Shown piece by piece: positions 1-10,740 of a stretch of DNA of 64,000 bases. Origin of the DNA: an uncultured Cytophagia bacterium (GTDB lineage Bacteria; Zhuqueibacterota; Zhuqueibacteria; Oceanimicrobiales; CAZGRP01); contig CAZGRP010000005.1 in the NCBI GenBank assembly GCA_964527995.1, positions 65,642-129,641 on the forward strand. Reading direction: 5' to 3'. Each line of letters opens with the position of its first letter. Positions within the stretch are counted from its first letter, which is position 1. The notes under the pieces were generated by a model. It made no database searches, had not been told where the DNA came from, and saw only the letters and a program-made list of their open reading frames with translations. The translations under genes and the position numbers were made by a program.

Positions 1-1
1 C

Positions 2-3000
2 GAGCTGCGTGACTTTCTGCTGGCGAAGCTGCCGGACTACATGGTTCCATCCGCATTTGTCATCCTCGAGGAGCTGCCGCTGACTCCGAGTGGCAAGCTC
101 GATACCCGGGCGCTGCCGCGGCCGGACCGGACGCGTGCGCAGGTCGAACAGGAGTACGTGGCTCCACGGACCCAAACCGAGGAGCTTCTTGCTGGCATCT
201 GGGGTGAGGTTCTCGGAGTGGAGCAGGTCGGGGTGCTGGACAACTTCTTCCAGATCGGCGGGCATTCCCTGCTGGCCACGCAGGTGATCGCACGGATCCG
301 ATCGGCGTTCGCTGTGGAGCTGCCTCTACGCAGACTATTCGAAACGCCGACCGTCGCTGGACTCGCGGCAGCCATCGAATCCGCAAGAACCTCTGGCGAT
401 GATGGTCGCCAGTTGCCGCCACTGCGACCCGTGCCGCGCCAGGGTGAGCTACCGCTGTCGTTTGGCCAGCAGCGGCTCTGGTTCCTGCATGAATTGGAGC
501 CCGGCAATTCCTTCTATAATATTCCTTCGGCTGTCCGCCTTCACGGTAGCCTGAACGTCGCGGCCCTTGAGCAAAGCATCAACGAGGTCGTGCGCCGTCA
601 TGAGGTTCTGCGCACGAATTTTGAAACCAAGGGTGGTAAACCGGTTCTCAGAATCAGGCCTTCCCTGAGCCTCGAGTTGCCGATCACGGATCTTCGCAAC
701 CTCCCAGAGGAGGAGCGTGAGGCGCAGGTGCAAAAGCTGGCCGAAGAGGAGGCGCGGCACCCGTTCAACATTGCCAAAGAACCATTGCTGAGGGTGCGAC
801 TGCTACGGCTGGCAGAGGACGAGCACGTGGTGCTGCTGACCATGCACCACATCGTCTCAGATGGCTGGTCCACCGGCGTTTTTGTGCAAGAGATCGCCGC
901 GCTCTACGATGCTTTTTCTCAAGGCAGGCCATCTCCGCTTCCTGACCTGGCGATTCAGTATACCGATTTCGCCGCCTGGCAGAGGAAATGGCTGGAAGGG
1001 GATGTCCTTGAGCAACAACTGTCCTACTGGAAGAAGCAGCTTCAAGGCAGCCCTCCTTTCCTGGAGCTTCCCACCGATCACCCGAGACCGGCGGTTCAGA
1101 CGTTCCGCGGCGACATCCGGGAGGTCTTTATTCCGAAATCGCTGGCCCACTCACTGAAGGAGACGAGCCAGCGCGAAAACGTGACGCTGTTCATGACGTT
1201 GCTGGCCGCTTTCCAGGCGCTGTTGCACCGCTATTCCGGCCGCACGGACATCAGCGTCGGCACTCCCATTGCGAACCGCTCCCTGCCAGAATTGGAGCGC
1301 CTGATCGGATTCTTCGCCAACACCCTTGTCCTGCGCACGGACCTCTCGGGCAACCCCACTTTCCGTGATCTCTTAAAGCGTGTGCGGAAGGTTTGTCTGG
1401 AGGCTTACGCTCATCAGGATCTGCCTTTTGAACGGCTCGTTGAGGCCTTGCAGCCGGAGCGCGACCTGAGCCACTCTCCCTTGTTCCAGGTGATGTTTGC
1501 GTTCGACAACGCCCCGCTACAGGCCGTCGAGATTTCGGCACTGACCCTGGAGCCAGTGGTGGCCCACAGTGCTACAGCAAAATACGATTTGACCTTGATG
1601 ATGACAGAAGAGGCCGACGGCATCTCCGGCGCACTCGAATACAATACCGATCTGTTCGAGGCAGAAACGATCGAACGCATGCTGGCGCATTTTCTCATTT
1701 TGCTGAAGGCCTTCGCCGACGATCCCGATCAGAAGATTTCAACCACGCCTCTTCTTTCCGAGGATGAGCGGCATCGCCTGCTGGTGGACTGGAACGGTCG
1801 GGAGCGTGAGAATCCGATGGTGGAGCCATTTCATCGGATGTTCGAGCGCCAGGTAGAACGCACTCCCGAGGCGATCGCTGTACGAACTGGGTCGACGACG
1901 ATGACCTATCAGGAGTTGAATCGTCGGGCCAATCAGCTCGCCCATCGTCTGCTCGACCTGGGAGTGGGGCCCGACGTGCTCGTGGGTGTCAGTATCCCTC
2001 GCTCCGCCGAGATGCTGGTGGCCCTGCTTGGGATTCTGAAGGCGGGAGGGGCTTACCTTCCGCTGGATCCGACCTATCCGCAGGAACGGCTTGCCTTTAT
2101 GCTCAGCGACTCTCGCGGCCCGGTGCTTCTGACCACGGCAGAGGTGCGCGAGACATTGCCGGATGTCGAAGCCCATGTAATCTGCCTGGATACCGACTGG
2201 CAACAGATCGAGCGGGAGGCGGATGATAACCCGAAGCACGCGGTAGAGCCGGAGAATCTGGCGTACGTCATCTATACCTCCGGCTCGACGGGCAAGCCCA
2301 AGGGGACCATGATCACCCACAGAGGCCTGACGAACTATCTGAGCTGGTGCCTGGAAGCGTATCCGTTGTCCTTGGGCTCCGGATCGGTGGTGCATTCCAC
2401 GATCGCCTTCGACGCGACCATTACGGGCCTATTCAGCCCGCTCCTTGTCGGTGGCAGCGTCACGATGCTGCCCGAGTCCGTCGATCTCGAAGCCTTGGGT
2501 GACGTTTTGAGGCGGGAGAGGGATTTCAGCCTGGTAAAGATCACGCCGGCGCATCTGGAGCTTCTTCGCCAACAGATACAACCGCTGGAAGCCGCCGGCC
2601 TGACTCACTGCTTCGTGCTCGGCGGTGAGAATCTTCTCGCCGATCACGTGCAGTTCTGGCAGGAACATGCGCCGGACACGCGGCTCTTCAACGAGTATGG
2701 ACCCACGGAGACCGTTGTGGGATGTGTGGTCTACGAGGTGCCACGCGACTGGCGAGGCAGGGGATCGGTTCCCATCGGCCGCGCTATCCCGAACACCAAA
2801 GTGTATGTCCTGGACGAGTCTCTGCAGCCTGTCCCCGTGGGTGTCCCAGGCGAACTCTATATCGGTGGTGCAGGTGTGGCCCGAGGCTATCTGAACAGGC
2901 CTGACCTCACCGCTGAGAAGTTTGTCCCCGACCCCTTCAGTGAGGAGGCGGGCGCTCGCCTGTATTCCACTGGTGACCGCGTTCGTTATCTCCCGGACGG

Positions 3001-6000
3001 TAATATCGAATTCCTCGGCCGCGTGGACCATCAGGTCAAGATCCGCGGCTATCGCATCGAGCTGGGCGAGGTTGAGGCGGTGTTGAGCCAGCATCCACAG
3101 ATCGACGAAGTGGTGGTTCTGGCCCGTGAGGACGTCCCCGGCGACAGGAGACTCGTGGCTTACTACGCCGCTGATCCGCATGCGGCTCCTAACGCGAGCG
3201 AGTTGAGGGCCTTTGTGAAAGAGCAGTTGCCGGAGTACATGGTGCCGGCCGCCTATGTCCGACTGGATGAGTTGCCGCTCACCCCCAACGGCAAAGTGGA
3301 TCGCAGGGCGTTGCCGGCTCCCGAAACTGCGCGTCCCGATCTCACGACGCAATTCGTGCCTCCGCAGACCGAGGCCGAACGCACGCTGGCCAGGATCTGG
3401 TCGGACGTGCTGCGGGTCGACGAGGTGGGAGTGCGCGACAATTTCTTCGAGTTGGGCGGCGACTCGATCCTCAGCATCCAGGTCATCTCCAAGGCCAAGG
3501 AGGCGGGCCTGCATCTAACGCCGAAGCACCTTTTTCAATACCCCACAATCGAAGGGCTGGCGTCGGTTGCCGGCACCAGCTCAGCCGTGCACGCCGAGCA
3601 AGGCGTGGTCACGGGGATGGTACCGCTTACCCCCGTCCAGCATTGGTTTTTCGAAAAAGGGTTTCCAAGCCCTCATCACTGGAATCAGTCGGTCCTGGTT
3701 GAGTTTGGTGAGTCGCTCGATCCACGCCTACTGAAGGAAGCTTTTCGCGCGATCCTGGCGCATCACGACGCGTTGCGACTCCGTTTCCGCCGGACGCCAT
3801 CGGGATGGGAGCAGCACAATACCGGGGTCGAAGAGGGGGTTCCTTTCGAACGTGTCGATCTATCAGAATTTCGTGGACCCGAGCAAAAGCGAAGAATCGA
3901 GAAAATCGCTGCGGAAACCCAGGCGAGCCTGGATCTGGAGCATGGTCCACTGCTGAAGGTGGTCTACTTCGATCTGGGGCCCGGGCGCCCCCACCGCTTG
4001 CTGATCGTCGTTCACCACCTGGCCGTGGATGGTGTTTCCTGGCGCATCCTGCTCGAGGATATCCAGTCGGCCTATCAACAGCTGAGTCATGGACAGCAGG
4101 TGCAATTGCCGGCGAAAACAACTTCGTTCCAATACTGGTCTCGCCGGTTGATGGAGTATGCGCAGTCCGATGAGGTTCGGGCCGAGCTGAGCTATTGGCG
4201 GAAGGTTAGCAAGGCAGCAGTTTCTGAATTACCGGTCGACTTCCCCGGCGGGGATAACACCGAAGCATTGGCGGAGAGCGTGACGGTTCAGTTGAGCGAG
4301 GAGGACACCCGAGCATTGCTTCAGGACGTCCCCAAAGCCTATCGTACCCAGATCAATGAGGCGTTGTTGACTGCCTTAGTGCGATCCTTCTGGCGCTGGA
4401 CGGGCAGGCAGACGCTTCTCGTCGACCTGGAAGGTCACGGTCGGGAGGATATTCTGGAAGATGTGGACATCTCGCGAACCGTCGGCTGGTTTACCACCCT
4501 TACGCCCGTCGTGCTGGAAGTGGCGGAGGGGCAAGAGCCCGGACGGAGTCTGAAATCGATTAAGGAGCAACTCCGAAGCATTCCCAACCACGGTCTGGGT
4601 CACGGTCTGCTGCGTTATCTCTCTGGCGATCCCGAAGTCGTGGCCGTGCTCGGCGAGCTCCCAGAACCGGAGGTGAGCTTCAACTACCTTGGCCAGTTCG
4701 AACAAGGACGCGGGGAAGCCGGGGTGTTTCGGGCTGCACAGGAGCAGCGTGGACCAGAACGAAATCCGCAGAACCCACGGACTCACAAGGTTGAAATCGA
4801 CGGAAGCATCTCCGGTGGGCGCCTGCAGATGGAGTGGACCTTCAGCACCCGTCTGCACCGCCGGCGAACGATCCAGAGGTGGGCCGAAGACTTCGTAGAC
4901 GAGCTGCGCGTTCTCATTGCTCACTGCCAGTCACCTGACGCCGGAGGATACACGCCGTCTGATTTCCCGTTGGCGAAGATCGACCAGTCGGCGCTTGATG
5001 GACTCTTCGTGACTGATCCGGAGGTCGAGGACATCTACCCGCTGTCGCCGATGCAACAAGGCATGTTGTTTCACACGTTGTACGCGCCGGAGTCGGGTGT
5101 CTACGTTGAGCAACTGAGCTGTCCGCTGAAGGGAGCGTTGAACCTGGAAGCGTTTGAACGAGCCTGGCATCAGGTGATTGAGCGGCACTCGGTGTTCAGA
5201 GCTTCCTTCCTGTGGGAAGGTTTGCAGGAGCCTCATCAGGTGATCCACAGCCATGTATCGCTTCCCCTCGAGCGGCATGATTGGCGTTCGCTGTCGCCTT
5301 CGGAGCAGGCCGAGAGGATTGAGGAGTTTCTAGGCGCTGAGCGCCGGCGTGGCTTCGATCTCACGAAAGCCCCTCTGATGCGATTGGCGCTGATTCGGCT
5401 CGATGAGGATACGACCCAGCTGGTTTGGAGCTATCACCATATCTTGATGGATGGATGGTGCCTGCCCATCGTTATGCAGGAGATTTTTTCGCTGTACGAA
5501 GCAAAATGCCAGGGCAGCGAACTGCGGCTGGAACGGGTTCGGCCCTACAGAGACTATATCGGTTGGCTCGGTCGCCAGGATATGGCGGAAGCAGAGGCGT
5601 TCTGGCGACGAACACTCGCTGGCTTCACCAGCCCGACTCCGCTCGTGGCCGCCCGCCCGCCGGATGACGCGGCAGCGGCGGAGAGTGGTGCGGGCAAGGA
5701 GGTCGTTCGCCTTTCCGAGGACGTGACCTTGCGACTCCAAGCATTGGCTCGTACGAACCAGGTGACGTTGAACACGCTGGTGCAGGGTGCGTGGGCGCTC
5801 CTGCTGAGCCGGTATAGCGGCGAGGAAGATGTGGTGTTTGGGGCAACGGTTTCGGGGCGCCCCGCCACCCTACCCGGGGCCGAGTCAATGGTGGGGCTCT
5901 TCATCAACACGCTACCTGTGCGCGCGAAATTGACATCACAAACTCGGCTCATGCCCTGGCTGAACGAGCTGCAAAGGCAGCAGGCCGAGGTTCGGCAGTA

Positions 6001-8995
6001 CGAGTACACTCCGCTGGTGCAGGTGCAGGCATGGAGCGAGGTCCCTGCCGGAACACCGTTGTTCGAAAGCATTTTGGTTTTCGAGAATTACCCCGTTGAT
6101 CAAACCCTGCAAGGCGGTGGTGGCAGCCTGGAGATTCCCGACGTCCGCACGGTGGAGCAGACCAACTATCCCGTGACTGTGGGTGTCCTTCCGGGGAAAG
6201 AACTGGCCATCGAAATTGTCTACGATCGGGAACGGTTCAATGCCGACACGATCCGGCGCATGTTGGCCCACTACCAGACGTTGCTTGAAGGGTTCCTGGA
6301 GCATCCGGAGAGCCCCGTTTCGCAGATTCCGATGCTGACCGAGCCGGAAGAGCAGCGAGTGCTGTATGATTGGAACGCCACCGACCGAGATTTTGTGCGA
6401 GACCGCTGCGTCCACGAACAGTTTGAGGAGCAGGTTGAAAAAAGCCCCGATGCCGTTGCCGTGGTGTTTGCATCGCCCGGCGAGGAGCGCGAGCAGACAC
6501 GACTGACGTACGGTGAACTTAACCGCCGTGCCAACCAACTGGCGCACTACTTGCGCAGACTGGGGGTCGGCCCAGAGACGCTAGTGGGTATCTGCGTGGA
6601 GCGATCCCCCGAAATGGTTGTGGGTCTTCTAGGGATCCTCAAGGCAGGCGGGGCGTACTTGCCCATCGATCCGGCTTACCCCAAGGAACGTCTGGCGTTC
6701 ATGCTGGAGGATGCCTCAGTATCGGTACTTTTGACTCAGAGGGAACTGGTCGGTAAGCTTCCTGACCTTTCGCTCCGCCTGGTCCCGCTCGACACCGCGT
6801 GGCCGGAGATTTCTCGCGAAAGCGATACGAATCCGAAGGTCCAGGTCAGTCCGCAGAACCTGGCGTACGCAATCTATACCTCCGGATCGACAGGAACTCC
6901 CAAAGCGAGCCTCCTGCAGCATCTTGGCCTTTCCAATCTGGCGCATGCCCAAATCAGGGAATTCGATGTGCATCCCGACAGCCGGGTGCTGCAGTTCGCC
7001 TCCTTCAGCTTTGATGCTTCGGTTTCCGAAGTGTTCATGGCGCTGCTCAGTGGGGCGTCGCTCTACCTCGTGAGTCAGGACACGCTCCTGTCCGGTAAGG
7101 GTCTGGTTGATTTCCTTCGCGATCATCGAATCACCACGGTAACGTTGCCGCCTTCTGTACTGGCGGTGTTGCCCGAGGAGGATCTCCCAGCCCTGCGGAC
7201 CCTGGTTTCAGCCGGGGAGAGCTGTTCCAAGGAAATTGTGTCGCGCTGGTCCGCTGGTCGCCGCTTCCTGAACGCATACGGTCCCTCTGAGGCAACGGTT
7301 TGTGCGACGTGTTACAAGGTGGATGAGATCCCCCAGGACGCCATCGTGCCGATCGGCCGGCCGATTGACAACGTACGCGTCTACCTCCTGGACCGGGATT
7401 TGAATCCAGTCCCAGTGGGCGTCCCTGGTGAACTCTATATCGGTGGTGTCGGCCTGGCTCGCGGATATCTCAATCGGCCTGATCTGACGGCTGAAAGGTT
7501 CATCCCAGACCCGTTTTCCAGACTGCCAGGGTCACGCCTCTACAGAACGGGTGATCTTGGGCGATACCTGGCCGACGGTGACATCGAATTCCTTGGCCGG
7601 ATCGATCATCAGGTCAAGATAAGGGGGTTCCGCATTGAAGTGGGCGAAGTCGAGGCCGCCCTGAGGCGCCATCCTGAGATTCAAGAGGCGGTAGTTGTTT
7701 CGCGCGGTACCGCTCCCGGAAACAGTCGCCTGGTTGCCTACTACGTTCCAAAGGAGGGAGCCTCTCCGAGCGTGAAAACACTGCGAAGCTTCCTGAGAAA
7801 GAAGTTGCCGGAGTACATGTTGCCTTCTTCCTTCGTGAAACTAGCATCTCTGCCGCTGTCGCCGAACGGTAAGGTCGATCGTCGGGCGCTGCCAGAACCC
7901 AAGACGGGCCGCGGCGCTATGGAGAAGGAATACGTCGCTCCCAGAGACACGCTGGAGCTGAAAATTGCCAGAATGTGGGAGGAGGTTCTGGAGACACGTC
8001 CGGTCGGGGTCAAGGACAACTTTTTTGACCTCGGCGGTCACTCGCTATTGGCGATGCGATTGTTGGCTCAGATCCAGAAGGATTTCGGCAGAGACGTTCC
8101 TCTGGTGACCCTTTTTCAGGAGCCGACCGTTGAACATCTGGCAGGTGTCTTACGCGGCGATGCAGACAGGATGCGTGAGTCGGTCTTCGTCGAGCTGCAA
8201 AAGGGCGGCTCGAGGCCACCGCTGTACTTCGTCCATCCTTCTGGCGGCAGTGTCCACTGGTACGTGGAACTGGCACGAAATCTCGAAGCCGACCAGCCGT
8301 TCTACGGGCTACAGGCGCAAGGGCTGAACGGAGACCTGGTGTTTCATTCCGACATCGAACGGATGGCTTCCCACTACGTGGAGTCGCTACTGCTCCGGCA
8401 GCCGCATGGCCCTTATCATTTGGGCGGCTGGTCGCTTGGCGTCGTGATCGCTTTTGAGATGGCCCAGCAGCTCACGGCCATGGGACACGACGTGACGTTT
8501 CTGGCAGTACTCGATCAGGGACCCCACATACCGAATGAGATTCCTTCGGATGATGCAGAAGCGTTGGCCGGCATGTTTTCCAGATACTTTCCTCTCGATG
8601 TCGATCATCTTCGTGGACTAGATAACGACCAAAGGCTCAAGTACGTGCTTCGAAAGGCCAAGCGCGCCAAGATTGTACCGCGCTATATCCGCTTCAAGGA
8701 TTTTCGGCAGCTGGTGCTGATCAACCGGGTGCAGGCTGTGGCGTGGAGCAACTACAAACCGAAGGAGTATCCCGGCAGAATCACGCTCTTCAGGTCGGAG
8801 GAGTCTGTGGCTGAGGCCAGAGGGCGGCCCGACCTGGGCTGGGGTGAACTGGCCAAGGGCGGCGTGGAGATTCACGACGTGCCGGGTGACCACATCAGCA
8901 TGCTGCAGGAGCCGAACGTGCAGGTTCTGGCCAGACGCCTTTACGAAAGCTTGAGCGCGCTGCAGGAATCAAAAATTATTGGACGGTCAAGTTGA
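2..8995 (+). CDS. Nonribosomal peptide synthetase, 5'-truncated by the window edge. Domains: (A10 motif end)-PCP-C-A-PCP-E-C(DCL-type)-A-PCP-TE.
   Basis: The reading frame is open from nt 2, and the A10 motif LPxYMVPSAFVxLEELPLTPSGKLD sits at the very start. PCP Ser motifs: FFQIGGHSLLA (~nt 250), FFELGGDSILS (~3440), FFDLGGHSLLA (~8020). C-domain HHxxxDG motifs: HHIVSDGWS (~842), HHILMDGWC (~5440). E-domain motifs: HHLAVDGVSWRIL (~4010) and EVSFNYLGQ (~4680). A-domain cores: LAYVIYTSGSTGKPKG (~2263), LAYAIYTSGSTGTPKA (~6862), YRTGD and GRxDHQVKIRGxRIExGEVE. TE domain with GGWSLGV (GxSxG, ~8420). The stop overlaps the next gene start (ATGA). Confidence 0.93.
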   Translation, partial: ELRDFLLAKLPDYMVPSAFVILEELPLTPSGKLDTRALPRPDRTRAQVEQEYVAPRTQTEELLAGIWGEVLGVEQVGVLDNFFQIGGHSLLATQVIARIRSAFAVELPLRRLFETPTVAGLAAAIESARTSGDDGRQLPPLRPVPRQGELPLSFGQQRLWFLHELEPGNSFYNIPSAVRLHGSLNVAALEQSINEVVRRHEVLRTNFETKGGKPVLRIRPSLSLELPITDLRNLPEEEREAQVQKLAEEEARHPFNIAKEPLLRVRLLRLAEDEHVVLLTMHHIVSDGWSTGVFVQEIAALYDAFSQGRPSPLPDLAIQYTDFAAWQRKWLEGDVLEQQLSYWKKQLQGSPPFLELPTDHPRPAVQTFRGDIREVFIPKSLAHSLKETSQRENVTLFMTLLAAFQALLHRYSGRTDISVGTPIANRSLPELERLIGFFANTLVLRTDLSGNPTFRDLLKRVRKVCLEAYAHQDLPFERLVEALQPERDLSHSPLFQVMFAFDNAPLQAVEISALTLEPVVAHSATAKYDLTLMMTEEADGISGALEYNTDLFEAETIERMLAHFLILLKAFADDPDQKISTTPLLSEDERHRLLVDWNGRERENPMVEPFHRMFERQVERTPEAIAVRTGSTTMTYQELNRRANQLAHRLLDLGVGPDVLVGVSIPRSAEMLVALLGILKAGGAYLPLDPTYPQERLAFMLSDSRGPVLLTTAEVRETLPDVEAHVICLDTDWQQIEREADDNPKHAVEPENLAYVIYTSGSTGKPKGTMITHRGLTNYLSWCLEAYPLSLGSGSVVHSTIAFDATITGLFSPLLVGGSVTMLPESVDLEALGDVLRRERDFSLVKITPAHLELLRQQIQPLEAAGLTHCFVLGGENLLADHVQFWQEHAPDTRLFNEYGPTETVVGCVVYEVPRDWRGRGSVPIGRAIPNTKVYVLDESLQPVPVGVPGELYIGGAGVARGYLNRPDLTAEKFVPDPFSEEAGARLYSTGDRVRYLPDGNIEFLGRVDHQVKIRGYRIELGEVEAVLSQHPQIDEVVVLAREDVPGDRRLVAYYAADPHAAPNASELRAFVKEQLPEYMVPAAYVRLDELPLTPNGKVDRRALPAPETARPDLTTQFVPPQTEAERTLARIWSDVLRVDEVGVRDNFFELGGDSILSIQVISKAKEAGLHLTPKHLFQYPTIEGLASVAGTSSAVHAEQGVVTGMVPLTPVQHWFFEKGFPSPHHWNQSVLVEFGESLDPRLLKEAFRAILAHHDALRLRFRRTPSGWEQHNTGVEEGVPFERVDLSEFRGPEQKRRIEKIAAETQASLDLEHGPLLKVVYFDLGPGRPHRLLIVVHHLAVDGVSWRILLEDIQSAYQQLSHGQQVQLPAKTTSFQYWSRRLMEYAQSDEVRAELSYWRKVSKAAVSELPVDFPGGDNTEALAESVTVQLSEEDTRALLQDVPKAYRTQINEALLTALVRSFWRWTGRQTLLVDLEGHGREDILEDVDISRTVGWFTTLTPVVLEVAEGQEPGRSLKSIKEQLRSIPNHGLGHGLLRYLSGDPEVVAVLGELPEPEVSFNYLGQFEQGRGEAGVFRAAQEQRGPERNPQNPRTHKVEIDGSISGGRLQMEWTFSTRLHRRRTIQRWAEDFVDELRVLIAHCQSPDAGGYTPSDFPLAKIDQSALDGLFVTDPEVEDIYPLSPMQQGMLFHTLYAPESGVYVEQLSCPLKGALNLEAFERAWHQVIERHSVFRASFLWEGLQEPHQVIHSHVSLPLERHDWRSLSPSEQAERIEEFLGAERRRGFDLTKAPLMRLALIRLDEDTTQLVWSYHHILMDGWCLPIVMQEIFSLYEAKCQGSELRLERVRPYRDYIGWLGRQDMAEAEAFWRRTLAGFTSPTPLVAARPPDDAAAAESGAGKEVVRLSEDVTLRLQALARTNQVTLNTLVQGAWALLLSRYSGEEDVVFGATVSGRPATLPGAESMVGLFINTLPVRAKLTSQTRLMPWLNELQRQQAEVRQYEYTPLVQVQAWSEVPAGTPLFESILVFENYPVDQTLQGGGGSLEIPDVRTVEQTNYPVTVGVLPGKELAIEIVYDRERFNADTIRRMLAHYQTLLEGFLEHPESPVSQIPMLTEPEEQRVLYDWNATDRDFVRDRCVHEQFEEQVEKSPDAVAVVFASPGEEREQTRLTYGELNRRANQLAHYLRRLGVGPETLVGICVERSPEMVVGLLGILKAGGAYLPIDPAYPKERLAFMLEDASVSVLLTQRELVGKLPDLSLRLVPLDTAWPEISRESDTNPKVQVSPQNLAYAIYTSGSTGTPKASLLQHLGLSNLAHAQIREFDVHPDSRVLQFASFSFDASVSEVFMALLSGASLYLVSQDTLLSGKGLVDFLRDHRITTVTLPPSVLAVLPEEDLPALRTLVSAGESCSKEIVSRWSAGRRFLNAYGPSEATVCATCYKVDEIPQDAIVPIGRPIDNVRVYLLDRDLNPVPVGVPGELYIGGVGLARGYLNRPDLTAERFIPDPFSRLPGSRLYRTGDLGRYLADGDIEFLGRIDHQVKIRGFRIEVGEVEAALRRHPEIQEAVVVSRGTAPGNSRLVAYYVPKEGASPSVKTLRSFLRKKLPEYMLPSSFVKLASLPLSPNGKVDRRALPEPKTGRGAMEKEYVAPRDTLELKIARMWEEVLETRPVGVKDNFFDLGGHSLLAMRLLAQIQKDFGRDVPLVTLFQEPTVEHLAGVLRGDADRMRESVFVELQKGGSRPPLYFVHPSGGSVHWYVELARNLEADQPFYGLQAQGLNGDLVFHSDIERMASHYVESLLLRQPHGPYHLGGWSLGVVIAFEMAQQLTAMGHDVTFLAVLDQGPHIPNEIPSDDAEALAGMFSRYFPLDVDHLRGLDNDQRLKYVLRKAKRAKIVPRYIRFKDFRQLVLINRVQAVAWSNYKPKEYPGRITLFRSEESVAEARGRPDLGWGELAKGGVEIHDVPGDHISMLQEPNVQVLARRLYESLSALQESKIIGRSS

Positions 8996-10326
8996 GTCCC
9001 TCTCCGGAAAAACCCGTGCATCAAAGTTCGAAGTTGCTGAACCGAAATTTTTTCCTGCTGTGGCAGGGCCAGTTCGTCAGCCGGATCGGATCGGAGGTGT
9101 TCTCTATCGCCGCCATCATTTGGATCAAGCAGGCGACAGAATCGGCCACTCTGATGGGCATTCTGGGCATGGTCGCCGCCATCCCGGCACTGCTTCTAGG
9201 TCCGATCGGCGGAGCCTTCGCGGACCGATACTCGCGACGAAGGATCATCATCTTCAGCGATGTCATCAATGGACTTGCCGTGATGCTGCTCGCCGTCGTC
9301 TTCTATCTGCAGCCGGAGAATTCGGACGCCATCCTCGCGTCTCTGTTCGGAGTGGCGATTAGTATCGCCATCGTTAGTTCGTTTTTTGTGCCGGCAATCT
9401 CGGCGTCCATTCCTGATCTGGTTCCGTCTGACGGTGTCGCCGGTGCCAACTCGCTTCGACAACTGTCCTCTCAGTTGTCGATGTTTCTGGGGCAGGGCCT
9501 GGGTGGTGTCCTGTTCCGCGTGCTGGGTGCCCCCCTGGTGGTGCTGATCGATGGCATCACTTATCTGTTCTCGGCGCTGAGTGAGACGTTCATCACAATC
9601 CCTCAGTCCATTCCGGAGGACAGCAGTGACTGGAGGCAGAAGCTGGCACTCTACAAGCGTGATCTGCGGGAGGGTTTCCGCTACGTCTGGAAGGCCCCCG
9701 GATTGAAGCAGCTGGTTTTCGTTTCAGCTTTCCTGAACCTGTTCGTGATGCCGATCATCCTGCTTCTTCCGTTCTATGTGGAAGATGTGCTGAACGTGAC
9801 TCTCGACTGGTACGGCTATCTGCTGGCCACCTTTGGGGTGGGTTCGCTTGTGGGTTCGTTCATCGCTGGATTCGCTGGGGTGAAGGCGAAAGCCCGCGGC
9901 GTCATCATGATCGTTTTTATGGTTTTCGAATCTCTCCTGTCCGGTTTGCTGGGACTTACGGGGAATCCCGTGGTTGCTCTCGCAATCACATTCTCGGCTG
10001 GCTTGATGGGGGGCTTCATCGGCATCAACGTGGTAACGATCCTGCAAACGAGGACTCCCTCTGAGCTGCGCGGCCGAGTCTTCGGCTTCCTGAATACACT
10101 CACCGGTAGCATCGCGCCGGTGGGGATGGGGTTGGGCGGTGTAATCGCCGATATCTCCGGCCGGAACATTCCACTGATTTACGTGATTTGCGGAGGCGCC
10201 ATGGCTTTGTTGTCCATTCTGGTGTCCTTCAGCAGAGATTTTCGCGAGTTTGTATCTTACGAAGGGGAGGTGAAAGTTGCTCCTGTGATCAACCCTGTAC
10301 TGCGCGTAAGACCATCCGAAGTTTGA
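8992..10326 (+). CDS. MFS transporter (EntS/YbdA-like efflux pump), probable exporter of the NRPS product
   Basis: 444 aa with about 12 predicted TM segments and a typical MFS composition. Translationally coupled to the NRPS (the start overlaps the NRPS stop). Confidence 0.75.
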   Translation: MSPSPEKPVHQSSKLLNRNFFLLWQGQFVSRIGSEVFSIAAIIWIKQATESATLMGILGMVAAIPALLLGPIGGAFADRYSRRRIIIFSDVINGLAVMLLAVVFYLQPENSDAILASLFGVAISIAIVSSFFVPAISASIPDLVPSDGVAGANSLRQLSSQLSMFLGQGLGGVLFRVLGAPLVVLIDGITYLFSALSETFITIPQSIPEDSSDWRQKLALYKRDLREGFRYVWKAPGLKQLVFVSAFLNLFVMPIILLLPFYVEDVLNVTLDWYGYLLATFGVGSLVGSFIAGFAGVKAKARGVIMIVFMVFESLLSGLLGLTGNPVVALAITFSAGLMGGFIGINVVTILQTRTPSELRGRVFGFLNTLTGSIAPVGMGLGGVIADISGRNIPLIYVICGGAMALLSILVSFSRDFREFVSYEGEVKVAPVINPVLRVRPSEV

Positions 10327-10426
10327 CCGCACGATAGGCTGGGGAGCCCACCTGAACGTTGCGTCTGCCCTTCCAGCCGGCTGACTAGAGCAAGAGACCG
10401 ATTGGACTAAACAAACTGGAGGTGCA

Positions 10427-10651
10427 ATGAGCATGGAAGAGAGAGAAGACAAGACCATCTACAAAGTGGTTGTGAACCATGAAGAGCAGTACTCGATCTG
10501 GCCGGCTGATCGCGAGAACCCGCTGGGTTGGAGAGACGCCGGCAAAGTAGGCACAAAGGACGAGTGCCTGGCTTATATCAAGGAGGTGTGGACAGACATG
10601 AGACCGCTGAGCTTGCGGAAGAAGATGGAGGAGTCTTCGCAGAGTCAATAA
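10427..10651 (+). CDS. MbtH-like protein
   Basis: 74 aa. Signature: ...[29 protein letters not shown]...[15 protein letters not shown]. An RBS (ggaggtg) lies 7 nt upstream of the ATG. Confidence 0.85.
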   Translation: MSMEEREDKTIYKVVVNHEEQYSIWPADRENPLGWRDAGKVGTKDECLAYIKEVWTDMRPLSLRKKMEESSQSQ

Positions 10652-10740
10652 GGCTCGCTATCGGAAGGTGGATTCCGGGAAGAGGACAGTCCCCTTTGTT
10701 TCCCTTCTCTGGAGTTACTCGAAAGGGAGATGTCTTGGTC

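Noticed and set aside
2429-3514. 361-aa minus-strand ORF inside the NRPS (and similar ones at 5936-6547, 4376-4924, 1739-2395)
   Set aside because: Antisense to unmistakable NRPS A/C-domain motifs. Translations are R/G/P/S-rich and low-complexity, as expected for random antisense ORFs in high-GC DNA.
9724-10458. 244-aa minus-strand ORF antisense to the MFS gene
   Set aside because: Antisense artefact; the sense strand encodes a coherent 12-TM transporter.
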